64,000 nt of DNA from Amphiscolops sp. MND2022 (Eukaryota), in contig OZ076409.1 in assembly GCA_964187785.1 (NCBI GenBank), positions 83,020,001 to 83,084,000 on the forward strand. Reading direction: 5' to 3'. How positions within the stretch are numbered: the first letter of the stretch is position 1; each line of letters starts with the position of its first letter. Positions 60,901 through 64,000 of the stretch are shown here, in pieces. Made by a program: the position numbers and the translations under genes. The notes under the pieces are model-generated. The model worked only from the letters and a program-made list of their open reading frames with translations. It searched no databases and had not been told where the DNA came from.

Positions 60901-63900
60901 CCTCGAGGGCTTGCGTAGCCAGGGTTACCCTAATGAGGAAGTAACGGTTCGTCGATACGAAATCATGGAAAGTTTCATCGAGGGAGTACGCAACTTTGAA
61001 TTGAAAAGAAACCTCGCGCTGATGTACGCACCGGAGCAATACGTGGAGGCTCCGCCGACAGTGGAAGCCCTCCGCTTCACGGTACAACAATATTTACGCA
61101 TGCGCGGCTCCGCTCGCTCAGACAACTACCCAATGATACCCCCTCCACAACAACAAGCCAACCTCCCACAACCTAATCAGTCTCCGGCAGCGCCCCTGCC
61201 GGCCCAAAAATTGCAGCAACAGCAGCCCCCCCAACCTGCGGCACACCAACAACAACCTGCGCCACCGGCAGCCTACCGACAGCAACCCCAACGGGCGTGC
61301 TTCAATTGCGGAGATCCGTCGCACTTCGTGGTGGACTGCCCGCTGAAGGACCGCGCACGGAAGCCGGTGCAACAGCAAGTGAACTCCTGTCACACAAACC
61401 CGTCCGGCAGTTGGATGTGCCCCTCTCAGCCACATGGCTTGAACTATGATGTTTTCCCAGCATCCCTACCGACCCAAGGCACGGTTGCCTTCTGCATAAA
61501 TTGCGGCCGTACTGAGCACTCGGCGTCGGAATGCATGGCCCCGGAGCACATTAGCCATGAAGAGCAAATCCGTGCAGCGTGGTATGCTCCTCCGCCAAGT
61601 CAATTCGACGGCCTGGGCCAAGACGACCAGGTCAGGGTAATATCGATAGCGGAAGATGGAGGCCCCTCCCGACCGGTGGTACTCACTTGTGGCGAAAAGC
61701 AAGTACTCACCACTCTGGAAGCACCCGCCCCAGATTGCACAGAAACACTTATCTCGATACACCTACTTCTCTCAGCCGAGCAGAAGTCGCGGCCCACGCT
61801 GACCTTAACGAAGCTGAAAGAGGAGTTCTGCAGAAACGTGAAATATACGATCGCCGCGCGACCGCTTCCGCATTTTGCAAGGGAAGACGAAACGAAGTTG
61901 GCCCCAATACAGAAAGTCAAAACCATCTCTCCGGTACCGGTAGCCATTAACGTCGACGGCGTAGACATGAAATTCGACGCTATCGTAGTCCTAGAAGGTC
62001 ACTTCCCTCAGGGATTGTACTTGGGCCGCCAGGAGTTACGGTGTTACAACATCGGGGTGCAAGATGTCCAGGGGGAGGCTCGCATAGATGAACGGGCATC
62101 CTTGGTGGTTGCCTTTGGCAACACGATCCAGGAACCAATACCCTTGTACGGGATGGTGGACACCGGCTCGGGTGTTTCCATCCTCTCCCTCAAAGCCTAT
62201 CAAAAAATTGCAGCAGCCCACGCCTTGAGCCTCCTGCCTTATGACATCCAACTGTATGCTGCCAATGGCAAAACAATCAACACCATCGGCATTGCCGAAG
62301 ATGTCAGCTTCCAGTTGGGCGGACATACCCTTCGAACCAACTTTATAGTCATTGCCGATCACCTAGGTGCGGAAGACTTTTTGCTCGGCAGAAACTTCTT
62401 GCGCACTTACAACGTCCTCGTGGACTTGACGGCCATGAGAGTCACCATACGAGACCCCAAAGCGCCACGCCACTTCAAACCCGTCCATGAGGTAAGTGAC
62501 CATGAGCCATCCTTAGTGATATCCACCGAAAAGGTAGTCCTAGGCCCCTATGAGCGTAAGCTGGTGCGAGCCCAAATTATTTCTCAAAAGCACAATGAGT
62601 ACCACTTCCGGAACGTAATGATTCGCCCCCTGGGGGTGCATAAACGGTGCCCCTTTGTTTCAGAAGATACATTGACGTCTGTTGGAGACGAGGGCATTGT
62701 TTTCATAGCCGTACGAAACACTGCCGCCTTCGAAAACGTAACTATTCCAACCAAAACTGTCCTTGGTGAGGCGGAACCTACAAACTTTGTGTTGCAACCT
62801 GTGGCTGCCGATACGGCAACCGAAATTGATAAATCTTTGTTTGAACAAGTTAATAGAGTCTATAGAGATGAGTGTTTGAGCGAAACGAGTTCGGAATTCA
62901 GTTCTCTTGTTCAAAACTTTTTGTCCTCTACTGAGATGTCCGAGGAAGGGTTGTCGGAAAGTGAGAAGCATGCTAGGACAGACCCACAGTTACTAAAACC
63001 TATACCAGGTTCAGACCTCTCTTCCGTCCTTTCTTCATGGGGGGAGGGGGCGAGAGATCAACTAGCAAACGTCTTGAATGAGTACGATGATCTTTTCATG
63101 AAGCACAAGGCTGACATAGAGAGGTGCAAAATAGCGAAACATCGCATAGAACTAGAGCCAGAGGCTATCCCTCACAGAGAAGGCGCTCGGCGCATGTCCC
63201 CTGATAAGACAGCGAAGGCCAACCAAGAGGTGCAGACTTTGTTGGCCTTTGGCCTAATTCAACCCTCCTACTCGCCGTGGGCAAGCGGGATAGTCATGAT
63301 CAAGAAGAAAACAGGCGAACTTCGCTTCTGTTGTGACTTTCGGCCGCTCAACGACGTGACGGTCAAAGACGCGTTCCCATTGCCCAGGATCGATGAAAGT
63401 CTATCCCGGATTGGCAATGCGAAGATCTTTACAAGTATCGACTTAGCGTGGGCCTTCTGGCAGGTACCGCGGAAGAAACGCGATAGGAGGAAGACGGCGT
63501 TTGCCTGCGAACTAGGCTTATTCGAATGGCGGCGCATGCCCTTTGGGCTATGCAACGCTTCAGCCACATTCCAGCGCTCCATTACACGAGCCCTACAACG
63601 GATCCAGCAGCGACACGGGAGTGTCGTCATGGCTTACATAGACGACATCGTCGTCGCCACGGAAACCATAGAAGAACATATCGCACGAATCAAGGAAGTG
63701 TTCGAATGTCTCCGAGAGGCTGGATTCAAGATGCGTGCCGAGAAATGCGACTTCATGCGCACGGAGACAAAGTACCTGGGACGAGTGGTGTCCTCAGAAG
63801 GCATCAAGCCAGACCCCGAGGCAGTGATTAAAATCCAGGAATGGATGCCCCCGAGGAGCAGAGAGGAGCTTCAGAGCTTCCTAGGGTTCGCGAACTACTA

Positions 63901-64000
63901 CCGGGACTTTGTGCCGTTTCATGCAGCCAAGGTGCAACCCCTGCAGGAGTTGCTCAAGAAGAATCAGCATTTTCACTGGGAAGTGAAACACCAAGAGGCC
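54976..64000 (+). mobile_element. Ty3/Gypsy LTR retrotransposon D, 5' part (runs off the window)
   Basis: Putative 5' LTR 54976-55696 bounded by the perfect 10-bp inverted repeat TGTAACGTCC/GGACGTTACA; tRNA-Arg-like PBS TGGCGACCACAGAGGGA at 55713; downstream gag-pol. Confidence 0.8.
58844..64000 (+). CDS. pol: gag-pol polyprotein in one frame with a single in-frame stop (60887-60889)
   Basis: Capsid-like KPTKYRG..ADGW; knuckles CFNCGDPSHFVVDC and CINCGRTEHSASEC; protease VDTGSG (62159); RT SPWAS..CDFRPLN, MPFGL, YIDD (63635). These landmarks are all in the frame of 58844. Confidence 0.92.

Overview
AT-rich eukaryotic (invertebrate-animal-like, spliceosomal GT-AG introns) genomic DNA dominated by nested transposable elements; the species cannot be determined from the sequence. 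(1) 1-12262: the 3' part of an unusually large Ty3/Gypsy LTR retrotransposon. Its pol is disrupted. Between integrase and the 3' LTR it carries an intact 5-exon ANTISENSE gene (1213 aa when spliced) that resembles a hAT transposase with a zinc finger but lacks recognisable catalytic residues. A second, sense accessory ORF runs through the polypurine tract (PPT) into the LTR. The 1.74-kb 3' LTR itself contains the start of a gag-like ORF, and seven GGAC-N5-GTCC palindromes lie in the LTR and near the cargo gene's 5' end. (2) 12.3-28.7 kb: ankyrin-repeat exon relics, LINE and Gypsy fragments, a three-unit ~3.26-kb tandem array and Helentron-like non-autonomous repeats. (3) 28794-34679: an old full-length Gypsy element. 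(4) A tRNA-derived CORE-like SINE and a 176-bp palindrome. (5) 39371-54905 (-): a spliced host gene encoding a NERD/PD-(D/E)xK-like domain plus an SF1 helicase. Its long intron holds a CACTA-like MITE, into which a BEL/Pao element has inserted (with an extra SGNH-like ORF and tRNA-like cassettes in both LTRs). (6) 54976-64000: the 5' part of another Gypsy element with a 3-kb leader and a tandem protease-like region. All protein family calls are by-eye motif recognition; no database search was run.
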